From assembly GCA_051362555.1 (NCBI GenBank), contig CM120643.1, positions 30,003,994 to 30,067,993 on the forward strand: 64,000 bases of DNA, read 5' to 3'. The DNA comes from Lingula anatina. Taxonomy: Eukaryota; Animalia; Brachiopoda. The notes under the pieces are model-generated. The model worked only from the letters and a program-made list of their open reading frames with translations. It was not told the DNA's origin and did not search any database. Positions 1-13,000 of this stretch are shown here, piece after piece. Position 1 is the first letter of the stretch, and the number at the start of each line of letters is the position of its first letter. The translations under genes were made by a program, and so were the position numbers.

Positions 1-354
1 CTTCAGTCCTCAGGTCACTCCGATAATATAACAGTTAAGTAATGAATATAGCACAGCTCCTAACGCAGAGCACCAACAGACCAGCCTGGAGAAGAAGAAC
101 CACTTCTTCAGTCCTCAGGTCACTCCGATAATATAACAGTTAAGTAATGAATATAGCACAGCTCCTAACGCAGAGCACCAACAGACCAGCCTGGAGAAGA
201 AGAACCACTTCTTCAGTCCTCAGGTCACTCCGATAATATAACAGTTAAGTAATGAATATAGCACAGCTCCTAACGCAGAGCACCAACAGACCAGCCTGGA
301 GAAGAAGAACCACTTCTTCAGTCCTCAGGTCACTCCGATAATATAACAGTTAAG
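1..354. repeat. 105-bp tandem repeat, ~3.4 identical copies, truncated by window edge
   Basis: CTTCAGTCCTCAGGTCACTCC recurs at 1, 106, 211, 316. Confidence 0.95.
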
Positions 355-577
355 ATAGTGATTGCTTGAACGATTGTTGAAATGCCCCCAAAAGTGTGTT
401 TTATCATTTTAACTTTGTCGTTATATATCTTCACATTTAATGAAAATAAATAGTATCGTGCTAGTTTTAGTTACACATTTCATTTGGCAAGACTGGCAAC
501 GTCATGTTTTACGTGTCTCCCGTATAACTGTTTAAATAAACTTACTTTGCCTATATATATGGTTTTTGTATCTCTTA

Positions 578-862
578 GAGGCCATTCAGAATGAGAACAG
601 CCGAGTGCTAGCTAGGCCACGACCTAAATATGGCGGACCTACGTGAAAGGAAGACCGCTTAGTCCTGTAATGGTCTTTCCGCTTCTCACTCGCCTCCCCA
701 CACGTCGTCCCTGAGATTCAACCAGCCAAGGGACGACGCATGGGAGCCGTGTGAGAGGCGGAGAGACCATTATTGGATTAAGCGGTCTTCCTCTCATATA
801 GGTCCGCCATATTTAGGTCGTGGCCTAGCTAACACTCGGCTCTTCTCATTCTGAATGGTCCC
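578..862. mobile_element. Palindromic MITE, PIF/Harbinger-like
   Basis: Near end-to-end inverted repeat (CCATTCAGAATGAGAA...TTCTCATTCTGAATGG) flanked by TTA/TGA; related fragment (CGACCTAAATATGGC) near 43381. Confidence 0.7.
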
Positions 863-1001
863 TGAATAATGCACTCAGTGTCTGTTCTACTGGCGTCTGT
901 TGAAACGTTTTTCTATTATGTCACTTCTGCTTTACCTGACTATATCTGTGGCATGCAATGTGCGGTCGTCTCGGAATTTAATTGTCATCTTTATTTTCCA
1001 G

Positions 1002-4000
1002 GTAACGGCTTTATAGAAGGTAAGGAATTGGATGGCTTCCTCAGGGAGTTTGTCTCTAGTGTGGTCTCTACGGACGCTGGACCACAGGTAAGTTCCCTTT
1101 CACGATTTAATGATTAACGTTTAAAAGAAAGCACACTAACAATACAACATTTCCAGGCTATCTATGAGCCTGCCTGTTGTAACGTGACTAACCGAACAGC
1201 TCAAATCACGCGGTTCTTATTGAACAATACGGGTGAAGTGATGACGTAGAGGAATCTAAACAATAAGACACATCGTGTACTGTATCCTGGGACTGTCACA
1301 ACTAGACTAACCTAAGGTGCTTGTGCTATAGTAGCTTGCTTTCCTATCCCGTCTGTCCTTTAGAGTAGCCTAATGATTCTGTGTTATTCCTCCTGCACTC
1401 GTCCGGGTAGAAACGGAAACAGGTAAGTTGACAAAATCCCGTAAGGTTAATGTTATAACATCAACGATCGCATTTTACACATATAATTAGGTTTTATGAC
1501 AAACAAACATCAGATGTTGATTTCCTTTGTCTATAAATTTGATTTAGAGCAAAAAGAAGAGTCGCATACCAGCAACTGATTTATAAAGAAAACATACAAA
1601 CACTGTTGCCATACGCTAGCAGTGCTCATTTTTTGCATCTGTCTGTCCGCCTCACCCTTTCCATCTTTCTCTGTCACTTTCTCTCTCTCCACCTCTCCTC
1701 TGCTGTGCTACAATATTCCTTTACCGATAGAAAAAGAAACAGGTAAGACACGTGTGTGCAGTTGGCTATCATATATAATAAGCTATAGCATGTGACCAAA
1801 GGTACAGGACGTATTGCACAGCATATACATGTTCATGCACTGACCCATCATTTGTTGTTACACGGCACAGTATACACACACTTTAGATAATTCCACATCA
1901 TCCATATACACACACTTTAGATAATTCCACATCATCCATATACACACACTTTAGATAATTCCACATCATCCATATACACACACTTTAGATAATTCCACAT
2001 CATCCATATACACACACTTTAGATAATTCCACATCATCCACATACACACACTTTAGATAATACCACATCATCCACATACACACACTTTAGATAATTCCAC
2101 ATCATCCACATACACACACTTTAGATAATTCCACATCATCCATATACACACACTTTAGATAATTCCACATCATCTATATACACACACTTTAGATAATACC
2201 ACATCATCCATATACACACACTTTAGATAATACCACATCATCCATATACACACACTTTAGATAATTCCACATCATCCACAAGTAGTTACATCCGTACTAT
2301 ACGGGAGAAAAGAATTCCATTTTTTTCTTTTGTTATGTTACATCATTTGAACAATGGAAAACCTATACCGGACAATGGGGATGTTTACAAAATAAACAAA
2401 CAATTTTTTTAATGTAAACAAACGAGACTCCCTATTTTTGTTTACGTTTTACTATGGTAACGGATGACGTCACAGAACGGGCCTGGGCATGTAGGAGATT
2501 TTAAAGAATTACTAAGGAAAAAGGCACAATGTAGTAGTAAACAAGTAAATTTGTAAATAAAACATGATTTTATTGAAATGCATAATTGCATGTAAGTTGA
2601 TCATAGTGAACAGTTGTATATACACATTAAAACATTAAAACAATGTACATAAATGTATAATTTACTAAAAGATAATAATTATGCATAATGCAGTGCAAAG
2701 TGAGTATAGTGAATCTATCAATTACATGCACAGATTAAAACAGCAAAACAATGTATGTACAACAAAATGAAAAATGATAAATATATAAACAACACTACTC
2801 GGCAATTTATGAAAGTTAATAGCCGTATGGTAGTGTATCAAATGAGTCTTGCTGAATGACACGTTTAGTGTACACAACCCGGTAAACTTTATCCTCCCTT
2901 TTAGAGAGCAGTTCTTTATTCAGAGTGTCTCGCACAATTTTATGATGTGTAGTTGTTGACACCTCTTTCGGACCTATACCGTGTACCATGTTACGTAAAG
3001 TCTCATAGTTCACTATTTGTGAGGTTTCATAATTCAGTGAGATACCCCTCACTTTACAAATTGTCTTTCCCTTTGCGGTAACGTATGCGTAGTTTTTCGG
3101 CCCGCCCGACACGAAGGTGGTGATGTGGTCCCCCTCATCTAGCTCATCGGTGAAGTCGCCAAGGTAGCTGCCCATGATGGTATTTAGGTAAGCGTTGGTT
3201 TGTGCACTGCCATCGTCCAGGAAGATGATTGAGTCCGTGTCAAAGTAAAGAACGTTTCGATCCAGGACCTCTATGGCGCTGTAAAGAACCATACGAGCGT
3301 GGGCGGTGGTGTACGCGGCTATGACGACGTTGGTCTTATCGGAGCATTCATTAAACTCAGATTGGTGTTTGTAGTGTACCTCCACCATATCATCGGTTAA
3401 AAACATCACGTTGGTGACATCGACGGATTTGTTCAACAGCAGCGCAAAGTACTCGTCCACCTCGGTGACGTATTCGGACTGTGTCATGTTCATTCGTTGA
3501 CCGAATTTGCCTGAAATAACAAACATAAAAAATAATAACATAACTATGCGAGTAAGGATAGTGAAAATGCACGGATGAGAAGTACTGTAATATTGTATGA
3601 TGTGAATAAACAAGGTGTAAACATAATAAAGCATCAAGGACAGATGTAATATGCAAATATACGTACGATGTTATTACCATTATTTACGGTGAATAACAAA
3701 TACAAATATTGGAATCATGCGTGAACCTCAGACATAGTGTATGTAATAAATAAATGCTACCTCTGTTTATACGTACCCCAAAAGCTGTTAAGCATCAGTT
3801 TAGACAAAGCCCTCAGACCTGGGTTCTTCTTAATTTGGTTAGGGTCTAGTCGAATGCCCTCTTTGGTGAAGTAGGAAGCAATGTAGTCTCTTTTGAGCTG
3901 TGGTGTCGTGCACTCTGGTGGATAGCCGCTGGCCTCTTGTTTGAGCTTGAGAAATGTATTGATATAGTCAGAGAAAAGACCCCCCGTTTTGGTGATTGGG

Positions 4001-7000
4001 TTGTATTCGCTAACATGATCATAATGCCAGACCTCGTGCATTTGTTTAATCACATAGCCCTTGGAAACGGCCTTTTTTAACTCGACCGTAACCCATGTAC
4101 CTGTCATACAACGCTCTTCGTCATTATGCTCACACCGTGACTGCTGCAGTGTGTCAGCGCATGTGCGACAAAGAGGAAATGTTAGTTTCCCTTGTGATCT
4201 ATAGGGAAGGACAGGATGATAAAGGCCGTGAGGAGGAAGAATAGTACATTTGACTAAACCTTCATACTCGCTAAGAGGACCAAAGTTTTCGGTTATGATG
4301 GTGGGGTGACAGAGGGGGTATGGTTTGTATTTGTTGACATAGGGATATAGACTACACACGTCAATGTAACGTATTTTCTGTCCCTGATCTGCCTGACAAA
4401 AAAGCTTGACTGCGTTCGTCCTGCCCCCGTAAAAGGCTTCACGAGGATCAATACAATCGACAACGTTCACGCTATCCACTATTTCTTTCACGCCAGCATC
4501 CTCCCGTATGACCCTGTCAAACTCACACTCCCATACCTCTATGTAGTTGAAACCTAAAGATTGAAGCGCATGCTTCTTATCCACCGTCCTTTCTAACAAC
4601 TCACCCATTGTCATCAAATTGACATTGTTGATATTGTAAATGTTGTAACATTTTGGACACCCATGCCAAAAACACCCCTGATACTCGTAGACAGTGTTAG
4701 TTGTTGACGCCCAACCATCAACGACAAACTTTCCTATTTTCTTTTCTCCCTGATTATGAGCATGCTGTATAAAGACATTGTCACGCTCCGCCCTATACCG
4801 CAACCATTTAGCTGCTTTCACGGACGTTTTGTTTTTCGGCTTATACCCCTGTGCTGGAATAATGCCGATCGTGTTTTGCATAAGAAATAAAGATCTGAAC
4901 ACAACATTGCATGCGCTGGCTATAGTGATAGATCTGTAAAAAACATCAATTTCCACACCATTCGCAACTGTTATATCAAGCATCAATTTCCTGAATCGGA
5001 GACATGCTTGCCGAAGAATGGTGACGTCCATGCGGCAGTATATGAGTATTTCCTTTTGGAAATCAAATATATAGTTTTGACTAACCTGATCATTGTACCA
5101 TGCCAAAAATTTTTCTCTCGCACCGGTAGACATTGAATCAGAGCCATATAAATTAGTGGCGGGCATTTTACCCCTATAGTCTTGGTTTTCAGGGGTATTA
5201 AAGAAGTGGGGGAAGTAGCCCTTTGACAGGGATTCATCTAGACCAAATGCAGCGGGAAGTTTGTTGAGTGCCATGGGGAGGAAGCTGTAAGAATCAATAA
5301 CGGTTATATCGCCCACCTTAATAGAAAGCACCTTGGCGCCCCGTAATATCACCTCAGGAACGATACATTGGTCTTTGAGCCATTTTAAGAGGAAAAAACC
5401 ATCATAACCAGACATGTTGTGTGCCAACAATATAGCCCCATTATGTATGATCATATCCTCCTCGTTATTCTCACATTCATACTCAGCACCATCAAAACAT
5501 AACGATGCTCCAGGATTCATTCGTTTACTGCGACCTCCTTTGTTTTTTCCTTTCCTTTTCCTTTTACCTTGTGCACGTTCAAAACTCTGATCTTCAAATA
5601 CCCATTGGCAAAATTTATCAACACACGACGGCCCCTTAAACACATGTTCATTTTTGCCACATAGCTCACATGTACTAGTGGGGGTTACGTCTAAATTTAG
5701 ACAGTGATGACATACCCTGTGAGCAACCACTAGATTAGGGGTATGAACATGCGATGGCTGCGCTTCAAAATCAAAAAATATGAAAGGGCGTTTTGAACCA
5801 GGTTTAAACTTACCAATGAAATTGGCAGCAGGATTCTCATCGATATACATAAGTAAATCGTCATCATCCTCACCATGGTCATCTCTATCAATTTGCATGT
5901 AACATAAGTGACCGTCTTTGACGTACTTATTACATGACTTGCACTTGTAAGTGTAACACACATGTTTTTCCTCCCTTTTATGATCGACAAATTTAGTGCA
6001 CTTTTTACAAAGAGTAAATCGTCGGCAGGTTGACCATTTACCTTGTTCGGGTACAAGTGTATGATTTCTAAAACAGCTGTCAGAGAGGAAATTTCTGCTA
6101 CACTGATCGCAATGACGCCAATTTTCAAACTTGCATGACGAATCCTTTTTACACCTCTCGCAATATTTTTCGCACGAATGGTCACCCATGTGATCAAAAC
6201 CTATATTGCATTCCGTACAATAGTACGCCCTACCCATGAAACCTGTTATCGAAGTTATGACATCATAATGCCCCTTATGATAAAATAAAAACAGCTCCTT
6301 CAAAGCTGAAGGTCCTTTATGAATTAAACTCATAAAGTGATCTCCAGAAAACACAGATATTTGATAATTACTCAAATATGACTGAAACTGTTTAATTTCA
6401 GGGACACCACAAGGACCTAACGGTACTCCAGCTCTTGTATGCAAGTCTTGGGCTCTTTCTAATTGTTCACGACAACGGTTATCAACGATTGTTGCATATT
6501 CGGGGTCATTATCTGCTTTGGCCATAGCTACAACCAATGCACGCGCTAAACACAACTGATCTCCCGCCCCGTTACGTATTTGAATGACTGAACGCTTTGC
6601 GTGGAGAAAGCTCTGCATACCCATAGACCCTCTTTTTAATCTTGCTCCACCAGGGCGTGGCATACTGACATGACACACAGTTAAAATAATAGATGCGTCA
6701 AGTCTAAACTCCTCGTGAGACTGTAATACTCTTATCAATTCGTCCAAAAAGAGATCCACTGTAAATTCAGATACCCTCGTGAACGCTATTGATATGGGAT
6801 ACTCTAACGTGTCAGATTGCAAGACAATTCTGACCAAATCATGAGGAAGCATGTTCTGCACTAAGTCGTCAAATATGTTTTGGAAAAGCTCACGTAGGAA
6901 CGGGATCATAGAATTTAAACTTCTATTTTCTAAATGGGAGAATGTGAGCTGATAGTCCGTGTTTACAGTTGAAAATTTTTTCATGCGCCGTTCATTGACC

Positions 7001-10000
7001 CGTCGCAGATTATAAAACCTTCTATAATCTAACCCCATCCCGAGTTCACCTTCAAACTGATCTACATGATTTACCAGCTGATCGTCTGTTACATTTGAAT
7101 CAGCCCATAACTCATCACCACTCTCATGCTCCGCATTCAATAAATCATCCTCATTACTCATGTCTTCCCACAAATTAGAAACCGATCCCTCAGACTCTGT
7201 GTCACCCATGATAAAATAGTGTTAAAGGCACATGTAATAAAAGGAGGGGTAATGTAAGGGGTGAGGGTAAGGAAATCTCAAGCTCAAGCAATAGCCACTG
7301 TGCGTGATATCTATAAAGATCAAAAAATCAAATCAGTCCCCCGTTTTCAGACAGCTAAACATTTTAGACACAATGTTAACGATATATACAAAAATTTTAA
7401 CGTGAATTAAATTGACTGAATGTTCAGTAACTTACATTTTGTGTGCTCCTACACTGGCTCTCCATGGGACCTTCTACAATGTATTGCCGCGACATGCCTC
7501 CACAGACGTTAATGCTCAAATGACGCCGAAGCCAGGATGTTTAATATTAAGAATAATGAAATAAAACTTTTAACCAATAAAAATATCCCACGTCACATAA
7601 AATTACGTATACCATTGTGTTGTTCGCGGGAAAATGTAGGGTGACAACCGTGAGAAAATGCTGTTGATTATTCATATGCCCTGGCCTTATATTGTCCTCC
7701 CTGTTCACAGAATCAACACCAGCCTCTTATAATTTCAATGCCACTCTCTTGATGTAATCCCTTACAACAACACGCATGGGTGTGACTACAGTTGTTCTAT
7801 TGTATCGATTGATACGCGTTTAAATTTCATTACATAGTCACACAGCGTTGCACTCAATAAAATGTAGTAGTACATAACACAAATCAAATACTATCAATAA
7901 TATCGTCTTCGTGGGAAATGTTGTTAATAATGTACCTGCCGTACAAATCGAATACTATCAATAATATCGTCTTCGGGGGAAAACGTTGTTAATAATGTAC
8001 GTGCTGTGGTCTTCTATTGTACCCCCCGTGTACAGAAACAACACCAGTCTCTTTAGTACTTTCAATGTCGCTCTCAACGTAATCTCTTCACAAAAGAATG
8101 TGCACAAGCACAATCACACGCTATTGAATGGCCCATAGAGACGAAACAGCACACATTAATATTAATGGCGATTGCCTCTTTGTGTACGATGCATGAGAAC
8201 TGAATGCACCGTGTCACTAAGTACCCTCCCCCGAACTTACGAACTTTAGCTTGAAAATGAAAAACGGTTATCAATGTTACTGCAATTTTTATCACTTTTC
8301 GCCATAGGAAATAATATATCATTTGTGTATAACACGTGATAAAAGTTATAAAGTAAACCCGTCAAGCCGATAAATGCCAATTACGTTTTTGGACATGTAC
8401 GATACACATCTAAAACACCCTTTCACTGCTCTTTTAGCAGGGCCCACTGGTTCAGGAAAAACAGTATGGATTAAAAGGCTATTATCAAATGCCGATACAA
8501 TGATTTCACCGTCGCCACAAAAGATAATATATTGTTACGATATTTGGCAGCCCTTGTTTGATGAAATGCAGAGTGAGCACCCTGACACAGTAACATTCAT
8601 TAAAGGTATTCCGACCGACTTAACCGACGCCACCTTTTTTGATTCTCAATTAAATAATCTAATAGTACTCGATGATCTTTTTGCCGAATGTAGCGACGAT
8701 GCCCGGATCCGTGACCTATTCACAAAAGGCTCTCACCATCGTAACATCAGTGTAGTATTGATTGTACAAAATTTATTTCCCAAAGAAAAGCACGCGCGAA
8801 CCATATCGTTGAACTGTCATTATTTGGTTCTTTTTAAAAACCCCCGTGACTCCCTGCAAGTCAAAACACTAGGAATGCAAATGTATCCCAACGATCTAAA
8901 ATCGTTTATAAATGTTTATAAAGACGCCACATCCAGTGCCCATAGCTATTTACTCATAGACCTCAGACAGAACACTGCGGATTGCATTCGTCTGCGCACC
9001 AATATCTTTCCCGGAGAAACGCATTACGCATACACATGTAAATGACTGAACATATTTTCATCGCTGCGGTGTATCATGAAAGTTGAGACAGAAAAGTTAT
9101 TCAATGCTCATGTCAGTTTGCTTTCCATAGCCGACAAGAAATTGATAACTGCCGTTGTTAAGAATTCACCCTACGATCTTGTTAGAATTATCTGTAACTA
9201 CGCATCTAATCTATTATATAATACAAATATTACCCTGACTGCGACAGAAAAATCGGCATTACGGAGGGTTAAACGCGTCATCGTTCAGCTGGCTTCCAAA
9301 CAAGTGTCCATTCAGCGGAAAAAAATAATTTTGATACGGAATCCGGGTGCAGTTAAGGCAATTCTAAAACCGATAACAAAAAATGGCAGGCTTCAATAAA
9401 ATGGTCTTAATCAACGAGAACGAACTGAATGCTTTGAAACAGAGAGTAAGCGCTAATTATTCCCCCTTTGTCGAAGAAACACTACGTTTAGAAAATGAAA
9501 TGAAGAAAACTTTGCAAAGGACCGATGTACCATTCGATGAAAAAATGAGTATCTACAACGATCTTCAAAGTCAATATCTGAGTAAAGCGAGGAAACGCGA
9601 ACCGGTTGCAGTTGTTGTGCACAATTCGTCACAACCATTAGAAGCACAACTTGGAGTTGACACCGCTGACGCAACCGCAACCCCCACCGTCAAGTCAGAG
9701 GCTGGATCTGTATTACATCTTAAAGCCGAGATATTAGATGCAATACCACAGCGTGTGCGTCGCAAAGCTAACGTAATTTTGAGATACATGTCTAACCAAC
9801 CTAATGTGCTGTCGTATAATGATCAAGGGGAGTTGAAATACAATGGTAGAGTGTACGAAGGAAGCAATGTAGTAGATTTGTTTAACGATCTGTATGTACC
9901 CCGTAGGAATTACGAACCGCCAGGGCTTACTGTATTTTTAAAGGGTTTGAAACGTCTTAATGTACCACTAAATAACATCTCAAACGTAAAGCGGCGCAAC

Positions 10001-13000
10001 CAGATTATGTCGTTGGACACTTCTTCCAGTTCAACTCAGATGGGCTCGGGACATGTAGCAAAAACTAAACTAGCTCCCCGGCCAACTCAGAGGAATTCGG
10101 GAAATGTAGTAAAATCTAAACTATCTTTATTCAACATATATTGAAATAAAATAATAACATAAAACATATTTGCACAGCTGTATTTTTATTATTACTCGAA
10201 TAAATGTGTTTAATACAATATTCCTAGTGACTTCTTTGATCTACAAACTTGAAAACACGCGTTTACACAGTAGGGTATGTTGCAATGTGCATTAACATAA
10301 TCATACACTAATATATCATTAAATTGTTTGTCGCTGGTGAATTTACTAAGTATCTGTTCTAATTTTTTTCCACGAGACCTATTCATCAAGTAATATATAC
10401 AGTATTGTCCACACACTTTGGTATACAGGCTCTGTAATGTCCTAGTGTTACAATTCCACCCAGATAAAGAGTTTTCATCTAAAAAACGTTTAAAAGCTGC
10501 GTTGTAATAATAAGGTGATTTCGCATAAGAGTCAAAGAACTCTCCGTGTCCCTGTTCATCAAAGTAAAAAGCAACCCAGTGCACGCCCGGTTTATCGTGA
10601 GGATCCGTATTAGCCACGAGGCATGCTGGATAAGTCCATATCTTTTTGGGCAACGCGTCTGATGCAAACACCCCTTGAAAACATGTTCTCGTAACCGGAT
10701 CAGTCTGAAGAATGCATTCTATTTGCTTCGTATTCATATTTTAATATTCTACAAAAACGCTCCTACGTTGGTCAATTTTGATAACTGAATCAAATTCTGC
10801 CATGACAAGCAACACGATATTGTTAATCTGTTGTCCAAACTCCAGATCGATGTTAAGCGAACCCTGCTTTGTTGGAGTTATATAATTGTCAAAGGTTTGA
10901 TCAGGGGTTAGATCGTGAGCGAATAAAACATATCCATTCAGGTATTGAGTTCTATCAATATCGATGCTGTGCTCTCCGTCTGCCGCTCCAACTGCTGACA
11001 AAAGATCATAATACGCCCTTAAGTAGTTTAACCCCCCTTGAACACTAAAATCAAAATTGTAAGGTTTGAATGGTATTTGTTCCCCCGCCACCATTAATCG
11101 AAGTTGCCTTAAATCGTTGTGTTTGAAATTAAACGGATTCTTAGTATAATCTCCCGAAAAAGCATCATCTTCCAACAAAGCCAAAAGAATACGTTTAGGC
11201 ATGCGTCCAAAATACGCATTGTCAATATGAGCCGTTCTTACACCATTGGGTAAATTGATAACTTTGACTTCCCTTCTAGTCATGGGATAACATGCTACGT
11301 GTTTGGCTAATATGTTCTCATGAGCCAGTTTCAACCGATCAGATACTTTGACTCTCCTTACAAAAAGGGATATGTTTTTGATCAGAAATTGTTCTTGTGC
11401 ATCCGTGTCCGACATAAGGCAAAATGCATGCGACGTCCTTCGCAACTTGATTCGTACGTCCACTTGATTCAGAAGAAGCTTGTTTTGAGTGGCTAAGTCA
11501 ATTTTTAACGGTCCATACATTTCAACCCTCCTGCTCCTTTGAAACCAAGAATTACGAGCCTTAAATCCTTCATTCCCTGGGTCTCCGTCTACATCAACGT
11601 CATCCATCAGTCCATCGGTATCTTGGTAATACATTTCCGAAGTTAAAAGCGATTCTTTAGCATTTTTCCCATAATACAATAAATTTTCCAAGTATGCGCG
11701 GTAGGCATATGTATTCTGTCCCACAGTTATTAAATGGTCATTCAACTCTACGTCGACCGCTGTAAATAGGGAGTGTAGCGTGTTATTCACAACTGACGTG
11801 TTTTGTCCTGCATCGATGTCAGTTCCATCTGCTTTAACAATTTGACCTTCAACGTATAGGTTGATTTGCGTCGTATCGATATATTCGTCGGGTGTTCCTT
11901 TAATGACAAATTCTATTACGGGGCTCACATCTGCAACCGCAGTGAGAGGTCTCACTTCTTCAAAATAGCTCGATAACAGATCGGTCTGCATATGATCGCG
12001 TATATTCGAAAATATATCCAGTTCAGTTCTGACGATGGGATCATTTTCAGTGTTATTCATGTCTAAAAATTCGTTTCTTGTGCCTTGAATGAACGTGACT
12101 GTTTTGGTCGTCTACCTTTTACTCTTCTGGTTGCTTTAGGTGTGTTGTTCTTTTTTATAGTCATGGCGTTTAACGTTTTCCTTATGACGTCACCATTAAC
12201 ATAAAGTTTTGACTTCGGAGTACGACTTCTTTTACGTTTCTTCTTTACTGCGGGTTGTTCTGTGCGTTTCGGGTTATTCTGTCTATCTACATGCAATATT
12301 TCAGCGTGTCTAGGTTGAAATAACCTACCATTGCCTCTTTGCATTCGTGATTGTACCCTTGTACCTCTAAATTTATGAATGGACCCTCCGCCCACCTGTG
12401 CTTCGTATCTTTTTACTAACGCTACGTATACAGGATCCATTTTTATAATAAACTCTTTCTGCGAAAATGAAGTGTCGCTATAGCCTTTCCGCTATCAAAC
12501 TGCACAAGTTCACCCGTGTCACGACTTATATCTATTCGAATTGTGTCAATATGACGACGATTTAGAGGGATGTAAATGGGATTGTCAAATGTTTTTGTGA
12601 CCACTTGTCCGTAAACACCATTAATATCAACAATCCTCAGTAAATTTGCCGAAGCGTCCCCTACCATCTGATTTTGTATAATATCTGTATACACGTAGAG
12701 GGAATTGAACCCTAACGTCATGTTTGGAGGGTAAGGGGCTATTGTATCTGCATTAACTCTGACATTCGGTTTAAACCCTAGCATTGTCGCCATGTCTCCC
12801 GCAACATCGATGTAGGCCCCCGATTTCAAGTGAACTGTAACTCGTCTGCTGATAATGTTATAACCCAACGTTATGTTTGTTTTTCCAATAGCTGTTAACT
12901 GATCGTGAATTGCAGTTATTAGATCGCCAACTGTCGGATAATACCCTGCAGTAATGTTTAACGTATTTGTTTTTACCCCGTCGTAATATGTCAAGACACC

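Noticed and set aside
1871-2280. CATCATC in the satellite resembling adenovirus ITR ends
   Set aside because: Only 7 nt; the element's own ends are AGTAGT; likely chance
2816-3776. pPolB as a frameshifted pseudogene or two separate genes
   Set aside because: Canonical GT-AG boundaries restore the conserved motif exactly
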